From the IMG/VR virus record IMGVR_UViG_3300035698_012088, positions 1-64,000 of that record: a DNA stretch of 64,000 bases. One strand, written 5' to 3'. A model generated the notes under the pieces. That model did no database searches, was not told where the DNA came from, and saw only the letters and a program-made list of their open reading frames with translations. Shown piece after piece: positions 55,067 through 64,000 of this stretch. Each line of letters opens with the position of its first letter. The first letter of the stretch is position 1. Source of the DNA: a virus. The position numbers were made by a program, and so were the translations under genes.

Positions 55067-56119
55067 ATGATTGTTGTAACAGGTTGCCCAAGAAGCGGCA
55101 CAAGTCTCATGATGGATTGCTTAAGACACGCCCTAGGGGATGAGAGAATCTTAGGATTTAAATTCCCCCAAGAAGCTCGATTTGAAGCTGCCCAGAAAAA
55201 AGGGGAAGATGAGACAGACATCCACTTTGAGTCTAGACAATATGCTTTGGAGAAATTTAGACCTTCCCATGAAAAAAAGATTAAGTTATCTAAAGAAATG
55301 AACCCCAATGGCTTTTGGGAGTGTGGCTATACTGTCAGAGGTATGTCTTGGCATTTAGGAATGGAACACAAGAGTAACCAAGTTGTAAAGATTGTTTCTC
55401 AAGGTCTTATAAGGACAGATCCTAAATATGTAGATAAGATGATCTGTATGTGTAGACATCCCAGGGCAGTTGCTAAGTCCCAAGAGAACCTTAGAAGACT
55501 GCCTTTTATGAAACAAGAGGAAGAGAGGAAACTTAAGGTACATACTCCAGAGCAGTTTCTTAGAGTGACTGCTAGAGCAGCTAAATGGCTCATAGAGAAT
55601 CCTAATACAGAGCTTCTACTTGTTCAATTTGATAATCTTATCTCAGCACCTCAGGCTACACTCAAAAGTGTGGCCGATTTTATTGGGGAAGGAGACTTCT
55701 CTGACAACCCCGTAGACGCTAAATTAAAAAGATCTTATCCAAACATCAAGATTGATAGTCTCTTGTGGGAGCCCTCAGAAGAAATCTACGAGGCTTTACT
55801 TAATAAAGATTGGGAAAAGCTCTGGACTACTTTTGAAGCTGCCCAGGACGCATTAATTAAAGAGAACTCCAGGTCTGTTTGTTTTCGGACAGGCAAGAGA
55901 ATGGCGTATAAAGAATGTATTAGCTGTAAAACCAGGGCAGTTACAAGAGATAACTTCAGAACTACAGCTTCTAAGGATGAAGTAGACTGGTGGAATGAAC
56001 CCTGTATGTTTGAATGCCTCTATGATAAAGACAATGAATCTATCACTATTAAGGAATCTATTAAGAATAATTTCTGGAAAGAGAATACGAGTTCAATAAA
56101 ACCTAGAAGGAATAAGTAA
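55067..56119 (+). CDS. Sulfotransferase-like P-loop protein
   Basis: VVTGCPRSGTSLMM (5'-PSB loop), NPNGFWE, MCRHPRAVAKS. Confidence 0.7.
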   Translation: MIVVTGCPRSGTSLMMDCLRHALGDERILGFKFPQEARFEAAQKKGEDETDIHFESRQYALEKFRPSHEKKIKLSKEMNPNGFWECGYTVRGMSWHLGMEHKSNQVVKIVSQGLIRTDPKYVDKMICMCRHPRAVAKSQENLRRLPFMKQEEERKLKVHTPEQFLRVTARAAKWLIENPNTELLLVQFDNLISAPQATLKSVADFIGEGDFSDNPVDAKLKRSYPNIKIDSLLWEPSEEIYEALLNKDWEKLWTTFEAAQDALIKENSRSVCFRTGKRMAYKECISCKTRAVTRDNFRTTASKDEVDWWNEPCMFECLYDKDNESITIKESIKNNFWKENTSSIKPRRNK

Positions 56120-57144
56120 TGCAAAAACTAATCTTAACACATCATCTATCTCCAGGAGATGTTTTAATGTTAACCGCCGCTATAAGAGATCTTCATGAAA
56201 ACTACCCAGACCAATTCATTACCGATGTTAGGACTTCTTGTGGAGAACTTTGGGAAAACAATCCATTCATCACCCCTTTAGATGAAAATGATCCCGATGT
56301 AGAAGTTATGAAATGTCAATATGAATTAGTGCACCATAGTAATCAAGGCTCCCATCACTTTATTCACGGCTTTGTGGATTTCTTAAATGATGCCTTAGAC
56401 CTTAAGATTAAACCTGGGAAGTTCAAAGCCGAGATCTACTTAAGCAACGATGAGAAGTGTTGGCTATCTCAGATATATGAAGAGAATAAAAAAGATATTC
56501 CATATTGGTTAGTCAATGCAGGAACTAAATCAGACTATACTGCAAAGGGATGGGGACTACATAATTACCAAGCAGTAGTAGATGCCTTACCGGATATCAC
56601 TTTTGTTCAAGTAGGAGCAGGAGATCATAGACATAAAGACTTAACAGGAAAGAATGTAATAAACTTAGTAGGTAAAACTGAGATGAGACAATACATAAGA
56701 CTCTTCTATCATGCAGCAGGAGTATTAACAGGTGTTTCCTTACCTATGCATTTAGCAGCAGCAGTTCCTATGAAACCCTGTTACTTTAGAGCTAATAGAC
56801 CGTGTATAGTTATGGCAGGAGGAAGGGAACCTAGTGTATGGGAAGCCTATACTAATCATGCTTATATGCACACTTGTGGAATGATGGACTGTTGCGATGA
56901 TGGGGGATGCTGGAAGAGTAGAGCCTATCCTATTGGGGACGGTGATGACAAAGACAAAGATCTATGTGAAAGAACAGTAATTAGAGGTGGAGTAAAGATA
57001 CCTAAGTGTATGGATATGATTACACCTGAGGCAGTGGTACAGAAGATAGATGATTATCTAAGTACCTATGATTACTATGAAAACTGGGATCTAGATAAAG
57101 ACGGTATTGTAAGAGGAAGAAAGGAAAATCATGCAATTTTTTGA
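56119..57144 (+). CDS. GT9 (heptosyltransferase-like) glycosyltransferase
   Basis: SPGDVLML, NLVGKT, SLPMHLAAA motifs. Confidence 0.82.
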   Translation: MQKLILTHHLSPGDVLMLTAAIRDLHENYPDQFITDVRTSCGELWENNPFITPLDENDPDVEVMKCQYELVHHSNQGSHHFIHGFVDFLNDALDLKIKPGKFKAEIYLSNDEKCWLSQIYEENKKDIPYWLVNAGTKSDYTAKGWGLHNYQAVVDALPDITFVQVGAGDHRHKDLTGKNVINLVGKTEMRQYIRLFYHAAGVLTGVSLPMHLAAAVPMKPCYFRANRPCIVMAGGREPSVWEAYTNHAYMHTCGMMDCCDDGGCWKSRAYPIGDGDDKDKDLCERTVIRGGVKIPKCMDMITPEAVVQKIDDYLSTYDYYENWDLDKDGIVRGRKENHAIF

Positions 57145-57739
57145 CCCGACAAATGACTATTTACCAGATGAGATGGGTAGCTTTATAGCCCATTTTGAAA
57201 CAGAAAGTGTAAATGAATACATTAATAGGACTCTAATCCCCACCAGTGGGTGTAGTCTTACAAGTAGTAATACAAGTAGTAGTAGTAGCTCAATGAGTAC
57301 CTGTAGCACCAGTAGTGGGGGGAGCCTCTCTAGTAGGAGTTACAATGGAGGGAAGTTGATCAAGGAGTTTCCAATAGAGTGCTTAAGAGTATACATGCCT
57401 AATGGGTACACTTGGACCAGGGGCTTTAATATGGATGTGAAGTTTACTGTTTTAGAAAATGGTTTTGTCTTTGCACAACTAATAGAAGATAACTATGATC
57501 TTGAGGTGCAGTGGAATGAGAAACTAACTAAACCTCCCCTATTAACTACATTTACAGATATGTCAATTGCTTATGGAGTAGGGATAAACTCTTCTCCAAA
57601 ATACATAGGACCTTTTCAACAAGAAGTAATAAATGGATATGGAGATAGCTTTAAAGTAGAAGCCACCTTATCTGAAGTTTCTTTAGACGAAGAAGTGATT
57701 GAGCAGTTGGAGGTTATATATACAGTGGAGAACTTATAA
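57131..57739 (+). CDS. Hypothetical protein with short Ser tract
   Basis: AAGGA RBS; SSNTSSSSSS tract. Confidence 0.7.
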   Translation: MQFFDPTNDYLPDEMGSFIAHFETESVNEYINRTLIPTSGCSLTSSNTSSSSSSMSTCSTSSGGSLSSRSYNGGKLIKEFPIECLRVYMPNGYTWTRGFNMDVKFTVLENGFVFAQLIEDNYDLEVQWNEKLTKPPLLTTFTDMSIAYGVGINSSPKYIGPFQQEVINGYGDSFKVEATLSEVSLDEEVIEQLEVIYTVENL

Positions 57740-57741
57740 GA

Positions 57742-58098
57742 ATGAATACATTTCTTGACGTTGACTCATTATGCAAAGAAGCAATAGGGCAGTTCAACTA
57801 CTATGAAGTAAGATCTGCTAGAGAGATGGTAGCAAATGGCAAATCTATCCCAGTGATTATAGATAGTAATAGATTTAGATGTCTTTTATTCAAACTGGGT
57901 GAAAAATACTTCGGAGCTAAGTGGAAATTTCAAGAAGAAGCATTAGAGTTTATAAGTGAGAAGGAACTTTCTTCTTGTTATGTAAAAGGTTTAAAAGGTA
58001 CAGACACCCAAGGGTGGACTTACTTCCTAACTGAAATATCATTAACAGAAGATCAAAAGGAATATCTCATACTAAGTGCAACAATAGACAACTTGTAA
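57742..58098 (+). CDS. Hypothetical protein
   Basis: 118-aa ORF in the operon. Confidence 0.65.
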   Translation: MNTFLDVDSLCKEAIGQFNYYEVRSAREMVANGKSIPVIIDSNRFRCLLFKLGEKYFGAKWKFQEEALEFISEKELSSCYVKGLKGTDTQGWTYFLTEISLTEDQKEYLILSATIDNL

Positions 58099-58117
58099 AT
58101 GAAGGAGTAAATGTAAA

Positions 58118-58441
58118 GTGTCGTATCACAGCAGTTTTGAATGGAAATTTGAAGATGGCCTAGTAGAGGGCCTAGTAGAAGAACTTGTTACTGGCCTGGA
58201 GTCCAACAGGAGCTATAACAAAGGTTCCTGCAATGAAGACAAGTACATGTCTTGTTATGGCTGTTTCTGCCATATGGACCAACTCATGTATAACATAGGT
58301 ATAGCTTTAGATGCTGGAAAAGACCTATCCGATCCTGAGATAGCTGATGCCCATCTGACTAAGGCCCCAGAGGAATATAAGGAAGGACTTAAGGCTATTC
58401 TTTTAGGTGTAGGGACAGCAATGAAAAAGGAGACAGAGTAA
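58118..58441 (+). CDS. Hypothetical protein
   Basis: GTG start with AAGGAG RBS; CYGCFC motif. Confidence 0.65.
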   Translation: MSYHSSFEWKFEDGLVEGLVEELVTGLESNRSYNKGSCNEDKYMSCYGCFCHMDQLMYNIGIALDAGKDLSDPEIADAHLTKAPEEYKEGLKAILLGVGTAMKKETE

Positions 58442-58758
58442 TGTTTGTGAAAATCGGAAATGAAATATATGACTCAGCAGATGAGATCATTACTATCCAG
58501 CTGGACTCAGGGTTAAAGGCCCATGTAAAGAAAATGGGACCTCAGGATGACCTATTAACTGTAGCTCCAAAGGGAACTTCCAGAGTAAAACTAGAGAAGT
58601 TCAACAGAATCTTCAGATCAGTCTCTAAATTAGCTCCTGTAGATGTAGAACAAAAGGTTCCCCTACAGATGCCTCCAGCAGATATTGAGGATATGGCTAA
58701 AGGTGCCTCTAAACTCTTTGAGGAAGATATCCCTGATTCCTTACTACCTGGAGACTGA
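58441..58758 (+). CDS. Hypothetical protein
   Basis: TAATG-coupled ORF. Confidence 0.65.
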   Translation: MFVKIGNEIYDSADEIITIQLDSGLKAHVKKMGPQDDLLTVAPKGTSRVKLEKFNRIFRSVSKLAPVDVEQKVPLQMPPADIEDMAKGASKLFEEDIPDSLLPGD

Positions 58759-58760
58759 TA

Positions 58761-59819
58761 ATGAAAATTGGTGTATTCAGCAAGTTTAATATGGCTGGGG
58801 GCTCTGAGTTTAGATGTGTAACAATGGCTAATGCTATTGCAAGACATTCAGAGCATGATGCTTATATCCTAACAGAGAGAGGTTTTGCAGATAAGCTCAT
58901 AGAGCATGTAGATCCTGGAGTCTCTCTCATTAGAAGTGTTTTTGCAGAACCCTCTATTTTATATGAAATGGATCATATACTTGTTGTTAACACTGACTCC
59001 AAAGAGTTTACAACAGCCCAATATTGGAAAGACAAGAGAGTAGACTTAAATAAGATAGGTGGATTTACCTTCCTCTTTAACTTCATAGTCTCTCCTGCAA
59101 AGACCTTATATGAAATAGAAAAGTGCACAGGTGTGCGTATTATCACTACTAATAAGAGGTTCTTCGATGAGCTCTCTTATAAAGAAAAGCATGAAAAAGT
59201 TAGACATATAAGAAGAATGATTCTAGAGAGTCCTATAGACCCTACTAAAGTTTCTTCTAAGAAAATAGATACCGGGATCATTAGAATAGGTAAACATTCC
59301 CATCCACTAGGTAATAAATTCAATGAAGAACACTTAGAACTAATACATAGAATAAATAAGAAATATAAAGATAAGGTTATATGGGATTTTATGGGTGTAC
59401 CTAAAGATAGAGAGAAAGAGTTAGAAGGGGTACCCAATATAATTCTAAGGAAGGTATTCTCCATAGATGTAAAAGATTACTTAGAGGGCATACATATTTT
59501 CTTATTCTACCCTAGTTGGAAAAGACAAGAACCTTGGGCAAGAGCAGTAGCAGAAGGACTTATGTCTGGATCTCCTGTAGTAGCAGCAAAGATTGATGGA
59601 GGTACTATTATGCAAGTCATACATGGAAACAACGGATACCTCTGTGAAAACGTAGATGATTTTGAAAAGTACCTGAGCGAACTGATTGAAAACCCTGAGC
59701 TGATTCAGAAGCTAGGAGACAATGCAAGATTCTATGCAAGACAGTTTACTCCTGAAAAAGTAATAGGTAGATTTCTAGATTTCATACAAGAGGAGGATGT
59801 AAAATGGACACTGGCATAA
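58761..59819 (+). CDS. GT4 (GT-B) glycosyltransferase
   Basis: AGGSE; EPWARAVAEGLMSGSPVV (EX7E); GNNGYL. Confidence 0.85.
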   Translation: MKIGVFSKFNMAGGSEFRCVTMANAIARHSEHDAYILTERGFADKLIEHVDPGVSLIRSVFAEPSILYEMDHILVVNTDSKEFTTAQYWKDKRVDLNKIGGFTFLFNFIVSPAKTLYEIEKCTGVRIITTNKRFFDELSYKEKHEKVRHIRRMILESPIDPTKVSSKKIDTGIIRIGKHSHPLGNKFNEEHLELIHRINKKYKDKVIWDFMGVPKDREKELEGVPNIILRKVFSIDVKDYLEGIHIFLFYPSWKRQEPWARAVAEGLMSGSPVVAAKIDGGTIMQVIHGNNGYLCENVDDFEKYLSELIENPELIQKLGDNARFYARQFTPEKVIGRFLDFIQEEDVKWTLA

Positions 59820-59959
59820 CTGAAGAAAAGAAGAATATAACAATACAAGATGATTGGTATAAAATTGATGGTGAGTGGTATCACTGTGTTACCTTAAATC
59901 ACCATAGATATGTAAATGGAGTGCTACAGGAGGAGTCTAGAGATGGGCAAATGGGATAA
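59804..59959 (+). CDS. Small hypothetical protein (51 aa, not in ORF track)
   Basis: GAGGAGG RBS; MDTGITEE...DGEWYH...; fills the gap between two glycosyltransferases. Confidence 0.55.
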   Translation: MDTGITEEKKNITIQDDWYKIDGEWYHCVTLNHHRYVNGVLQEESRDGQMG

Positions 59960-60740
59960 ATGGAATTTTTGGGATGGCATAACTTGGAAGAAACCTGTAA
60001 CAGAGTTCAAGAGAATCTCTCTATGTACTACAGTTATGAATAGGCTTCATACCCTTAAAGAGGTATTGCCTAAAAATATAGAAGATAACCTGGACTACCC
60101 CAATGTGGAATTCCTCATTTTAGACTACAATAGTACAGATGGCTTAGAAGACTGGATGAGGGATAACATGGTATCCCATATGGCCACAGGTCTTGTTAGA
60201 TATGTTAGGACAACAGATCCGGAGTTCTATTCTATGACACATTCTAGAAACTTAGCTTTTAAATGTGCAACAGGAGAGATAGTGAACAATGTCGATGCTG
60301 ATAACTATGTCAATAAGAGCTTTGCTTCATTCCTTAATATGTTAGCACATGAACAGCCCAGTAATGCAGTGTTCTGTAAAGGCAAGAGAATGATGCATGG
60401 AAGATGTGGGTTCTACAAAGATGACTTCATTAACCTCTTAGGAGGATATGATGAGGACATAGAAGGATATGGACATGATGACCATGACCTGGTAGAAAGA
60501 GCTATGCTACAGAAGTTCAAGATGATGTGGTATGGATCTAGGTTTTGTGAAAGAATTAAAACCTCAGGTAAAGAAAAAACAGTTAACATGAAAAACAAGA
60601 ATTGGAAAGAGACAGAAACTATCAACAAAAAGATCTCTGCAGATAAGATTGAAAAAGGGATACTTAAGGCTAATGAGGGAAAGATCTGGGGTAGTGCAAA
60701 TGTCACTGTTAACTTTATAAAGGAAATGTTGATCAAATGA
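59943..60740 (+). CDS. GT2/GT7C-like glycosyltransferase
   Basis: GGAGG RBS at ATG 59943; LDYNSTD, NVDAD, GGYDEDIEGYGHDD motifs. Confidence 0.85.
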   Translation: MGKWDKWNFWDGITWKKPVTEFKRISLCTTVMNRLHTLKEVLPKNIEDNLDYPNVEFLILDYNSTDGLEDWMRDNMVSHMATGLVRYVRTTDPEFYSMTHSRNLAFKCATGEIVNNVDADNYVNKSFASFLNMLAHEQPSNAVFCKGKRMMHGRCGFYKDDFINLLGGYDEDIEGYGHDDHDLVERAMLQKFKMMWYGSRFCERIKTSGKEKTVNMKNKNWKETETINKKISADKIEKGILKANEGKIWGSANVTVNFIKEMLIK

Positions 60741-61549
60741 AAAATCTAATGGTTGCAAACTTTGTTCCCGGCTCAAGAGCCTCCTTTAAAGATCTAGAGA
60801 CTGCCATGCTAGCTCAAGTGGAGAACTCTCTACAGTTTGGATGGAAGGAAGAGGATATAATCTTACTGACTAACTTTGCATATAAGATAGAAGATACTGA
60901 GATCAAAGCTATACCTATACCTATGAATAACTTTTGTCTAACAGGCTCTAAGATGTTTGCTATGCAGTGGTACTATTCACAACCTGATGCTACAGATGAA
61001 GTAATCTGGGCACATGACTTAGATCTCTGGCAAAACCATGAGATGGAAGAACCTAAGTTTAAAGATGTAGGTATTGCTACCTATTCTAGACCTAAGTTCA
61101 ATGGAGGCTGTGTCTTCTATAGGAAAGCAGCAATTGATATGATTGATGCTGTAGTTGAAGATATCAGTGCCAATAAAGAAGCTAAAGAAGAGCCTACTAT
61201 TAATAAGCTTTGGAGAACAGGGGAGTATAAAGATAGAGTCACTGTTGTAGACCAGACCTATAATGTAGGATGTTCAGGATACAAAGTTAGATATGATAAG
61301 AGTAAGAAACCCTTAAGAGGTCTTCACTTCCACCCTACTAATAGAATAGCTTGGGACACTCATGCTAGAAATAGAAACGGTATCTCTAAGGACGCTACTA
61401 TATCAGATAGACTAAGAGACCTTTTCAAGAAGTACTATGATGATAGAATTAGTAAATATGTCTATGAGGACAAAGAGGACAGAACTCCTTATGAAGTCAG
61501 ACCTGGAGGTATTGACAGGAAGAAGTCGGAAAAGATGGGAATAAACTAA
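60737..61549 (+). CDS. GT-A nucleotide-diphospho-sugar transferase (GT8-like)
   Basis: HDLD (DxD), FNGGCVF, YNVG, LHFHP motifs. Confidence 0.65.
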   Translation: MKNLMVANFVPGSRASFKDLETAMLAQVENSLQFGWKEEDIILLTNFAYKIEDTEIKAIPIPMNNFCLTGSKMFAMQWYYSQPDATDEVIWAHDLDLWQNHEMEEPKFKDVGIATYSRPKFNGGCVFYRKAAIDMIDAVVEDISANKEAKEEPTINKLWRTGEYKDRVTVVDQTYNVGCSGYKVRYDKSKKPLRGLHFHPTNRIAWDTHARNRNGISKDATISDRLRDLFKKYYDDRISKYVYEDKEDRTPYEVRPGGIDRKKSEKMGIN

Positions 61550-61857
61550 TGAGCTTATCTCCTAGAAACTTTGCAGAAGCGGCAGGAACAGCTGAAGCAG
61601 CCAGAGGTTCCTGCCTAGTGTATAGAAATCATATAACAGGACTTGGACCTTCTGGGTGTGATGGTTGGACTTTACAAATAAGAGGTAATTTTATGTACGC
61701 CAATGATATGATATTTCCACCCCCACATGATTATAAAGAAGAAACAGATCTAGAGTATAGAAAAGAATGCTCCAAGGACCTAGTAGTGCAAGTTAAAAAG
61801 ATACAAGAAGAAATACATTTAAAAGATATTCTTGAGAATATAGTGGTGGTTAAATGA
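61549..61857 (+). CDS. Hypothetical protein
   Basis: Coupled 102-aa ORF. Confidence 0.55.
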   Translation: MSLSPRNFAEAAGTAEAARGSCLVYRNHITGLGPSGCDGWTLQIRGNFMYANDMIFPPPHDYKEETDLEYRKECSKDLVVQVKKIQEEIHLKDILENIVVVK

Positions 61858-61903
61858 TTTATGTACCTTGTAGAAGAAGTCAGAAAAGACGGGAATAAAT
61901 TAA

Positions 61904-62536
61904 ATGCCTAGACTTCTAAATTCATCTTTATTCTTAATACACATCCCTAAGACTGCGGGAACATCCTTAGTTAATAAATTTGGAAAAGATACCCATGTAA
62001 ACTGGAATAGACTGTCCAGGTCCCATAAAACTCTTCCCGAGATGTGGGATACTGAATGGTTTAAGTATTATAAGAACCAAGATTTAACATATATTACTGT
62101 AGTTAGGAATCCTTGGGATAGGCTTGTATCTGTCTATAAATTTAGCTTCATACATAAGTGGTATAAAAATACTTCTTTGACTTTTAAAGAATGGGTAGAA
62201 AAAGAACCTTTGGATAGATTAGAGGAATACTACCCAAAAGAGGAGTACGTTCTAAAAAGCAAAAAGCTAGGTCAGAGAGGAGACATACTACATCTATATA
62301 GCCCTCAGTACAGATTTGTTTACGACGAAAACATGAACACCCATATGGACCATATACTTAGATATGAAACTTTAGATAGGGATTTGGAGAAAATAGACAC
62401 GACCTTCCTCCCCTTACCTAAAAGCAATATAAGTAAAGATAAAACGCCATATCAGGAATTTTACACAGATGAGTTGAGAGAAAGAGTAGGAGAGATATAC
62501 TCAAAGGATATAGAGGTATTTGACTATGAGTTCTAG
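61904..62536 (+). CDS. Carbohydrate sulfotransferase (Sulfotransfer_2-like)
   Basis: HIPKTAGTS, VRNPWDRLVSVY, RYETL motifs. Confidence 0.85.
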   Translation: MPRLLNSSLFLIHIPKTAGTSLVNKFGKDTHVNWNRLSRSHKTLPEMWDTEWFKYYKNQDLTYITVVRNPWDRLVSVYKFSFIHKWYKNTSLTFKEWVEKEPLDRLEEYYPKEEYVLKSKKLGQRGDILHLYSPQYRFVYDENMNTHMDHILRYETLDRDLEKIDTTFLPLPKSNISKDKTPYQEFYTDELRERVGEIYSKDIEVFDYEF

Positions 62537-63179
62537 TATTTACGCACCATGTGGAAAAGGCTTAGGAGACTGTTGGGCATCTATTAGTTATGCACTGTTG
62601 GAGTCAGAGAAACTAGGAGAACCAGTTAAGTTTTCAGATCACTACTTTAATAGAAAGGGTAAGAGGAGAAATATATCCTATAAGTTACATGAGATAATCC
62701 CTTTATTTGACACTACAGGGGAGATTCTAATAACCCCCCAAGATCCAGATAGATACCTCCTATGGAGTGAGGTATATGCTAGACCTTATCTTCCAACTAA
62801 AAAGAAATGGAATAGAGGCTCTATAGTCACATATCAGTTCGACGGGAAATCACATTCCTGTAAGAACCTACCTAGCTTTGCTATGGAGGAGAGGGTATTG
62901 GGAGTAATAGAAAACATTGGACACAAAGTATATAAACTAGGTGGAGATATGTCTTTAAAAGATGCAATTGTCCTCTTAGCAGGATCAGCCTATTTTGTAG
63001 GAGTAGATTCTGGATTTGCACATATGGCACATAGTGTAAGAGTACCTGTGTATATGATTAGAAATGGAAGAACAGTAGATAACATTACTATGGAATCTCA
63101 TAAGTATAAACCTATGGTCCTAGTAGAAACACCAGAGGAATTCATAGAAGTGATTGGAGACAGTAGATATGGGGTATGA
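62526..63179 (+). CDS. GT9-like glycosyltransferase
   Basis: GLGD and FVGVDSGFAHMA motifs. Confidence 0.75.
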   Translation: MSSSIYAPCGKGLGDCWASISYALLESEKLGEPVKFSDHYFNRKGKRRNISYKLHEIIPLFDTTGEILITPQDPDRYLLWSEVYARPYLPTKKKWNRGSIVTYQFDGKSHSCKNLPSFAMEERVLGVIENIGHKVYKLGGDMSLKDAIVLLAGSAYFVGVDSGFAHMAHSVRVPVYMIRNGRTVDNITMESHKYKPMVLVETPEEFIEVIGDSRYGV

Positions 63180-63762
63180 TAGAAAATACTACAAGAGACA
63201 CTTAGACCAGTATCATGAGTGGGAGCAAGCTTTAGCCTTGGATTACTTTGTTCACTACGCCCCCAACTCAGTATTAGATCTAGGCTGTGGCATAGGCTCC
63301 TACCTATTAGGATTTAAGAAGTGTGGGCTGGAAGAAGTTAAGGGTATAGAGTATAACTATGAAATAGCTAAAGAGTTTATGGATAAAGACATCATAGACC
63401 ATATAGTCCAAGGGGATGTTACAGAAGATGATGTTATGCATCCCTATAGATGGATACAGTGTATATGGTGTATAGAAGTAGCAGAGCATATTAAGCCAGA
63501 ATCAACAGATAGTTTCTTAGATGTATTAACTAGCCACGCTTTACAGAAGATAGTATTATCCGCAGCGCCTCCTGGACAGAAAGGAACGGGACATATTAAT
63601 TGTAGACCTCGGAACTTCTGGATAAATGAATTAGACAAGAGAGACTTCATATATCTTAAGGATGAGTCAAGGCTTATGGCACTAAGATGGGAAATTCTTG
63701 GAGCACCAGAATATATAGTAGACAATATCATGCTATTTAAAAGGAACATTCATGTCAACTAG
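63169..63762 (+). CDS. Class I SAM-dependent methyltransferase
   Basis: VLDLGCGIG, CIEVAEHI, GTGHINC; GGAG RBS before ATG 63169. Confidence 0.85.
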   Translation: MGYDRKYYKRHLDQYHEWEQALALDYFVHYAPNSVLDLGCGIGSYLLGFKKCGLEEVKGIEYNYEIAKEFMDKDIIDHIVQGDVTEDDVMHPYRWIQCIWCIEVAEHIKPESTDSFLDVLTSHALQKIVLSAAPPGQKGTGHINCRPRNFWINELDKRDFIYLKDESRLMALRWEILGAPEYIVDNIMLFKRNIHVN

Positions 63763-64000
63763 TTTAATTTACATGTCAGGGTTTGGGCCTACACATGCTT
63801 CTATGTGTAATACTTTAGTAAAGTCACTTAGGGTCTTTGGAGAGTATAGTGGAGATATTTTAGTCTTTACAGATATCCCAGATATCTTTGATAAGGACAC
63901 TAGGTTACATGTTAAGAATATACCAGGACTGACCACTAGACATGAGAGAGGTAATTTAAGACTTAAATGTACAGAGCTGTTTCCCTTTGAGAACTATAGA
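63752..64000 (+). CDS. Probable glycosyltransferase (partial, runs off the window)
   Basis: AAGGA RBS; SLRVFGEYSGDILVFTD, a GT-A-like N-terminus. Confidence 0.5.
   Translation, partial: MSTSLIYMSGFGPTHASMCNTLVKSLRVFGEYSGDILVFTDIPDIFDKDTRLHVKNIPGLTTRHERGNLRLKCTELFPFENYR

Noticed and set aside
122-63749. Other minus-strand and nested ORFs in the track (e.g. 13601-14002, 26023-26310, 27499-27861)
   Set aside because: They overlap well-supported + strand genes and have no recognisable motifs.
1-64000. Stop-codon reassignment
   Set aside because: Code 11 gives dense, full-length genes, and TAA, TAG and TGA all end genes at sensible boundaries.
1-64000. tRNA, rRNA, integrase, terminase
   Set aside because: None recognised. 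Intergenic gaps are short and explained by promoters and terminators.
34844-64000. Glycosyltransferases as a DNA hypermodification system
   Set aside because: Not excluded, but disfavoured: no base hydroxymethylase or similar enzyme is in the window, the families are surface-glycan types, and several genes lie within the virion operon.

Overview
About 64 kb of a large, AT-rich tailed dsDNA bacteriophage genome. It uses genetic code 11, and every credible gene is on the + strand and densely packed. The host is probably an anaerobic diderm bacterium (NrdG, sigma70-type promoters, AGGAG ribosome-binding sites, a lipoprotein/spanin-like gene). Layout: (1) End of an upstream operon containing nrdG, then a terminator. 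(2) Head module, 1.5-28.3 kb: portal candidate, glycine-zipper small proteins, a bacterial-type RNA polymerase encoded as a beta/beta'-N fusion plus a separate beta'-C gene (each with a LAGLIDADG intein), prohead protease, scaffold, decoration protein and major capsid. Most proteins in this block share a recurring K-x-[A/G/S] motif that looks like a maturation-cleavage signal. (3) Poly-serine virion-type proteins (about 1,750 Ser-rich residues in total), interleaved with glycosyltransferases, an intein-containing radical SAM enzyme, and neck/tail genes. The tail genes include a -1 frameshift chaperone pair, and no sheath is recognisable. (4) A Ser-stalked protein with a 7-blade beta-propeller that has hypervariable loops. 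(5) A glycosyltransferase/sulfotransferase/methyltransferase cluster running off the right end. Best candidates for undescribed systems: a virion-packaged, protease-tagged bacterial-like RNAP with its cargo proteins; a phage-encoded mucin-like (glycosylated/sulfated poly-Ser) coat; and an Asp-terminal intein carrying its own internal promoter and RBS. All functional calls come from motif recognition by eye; no database searches were run.
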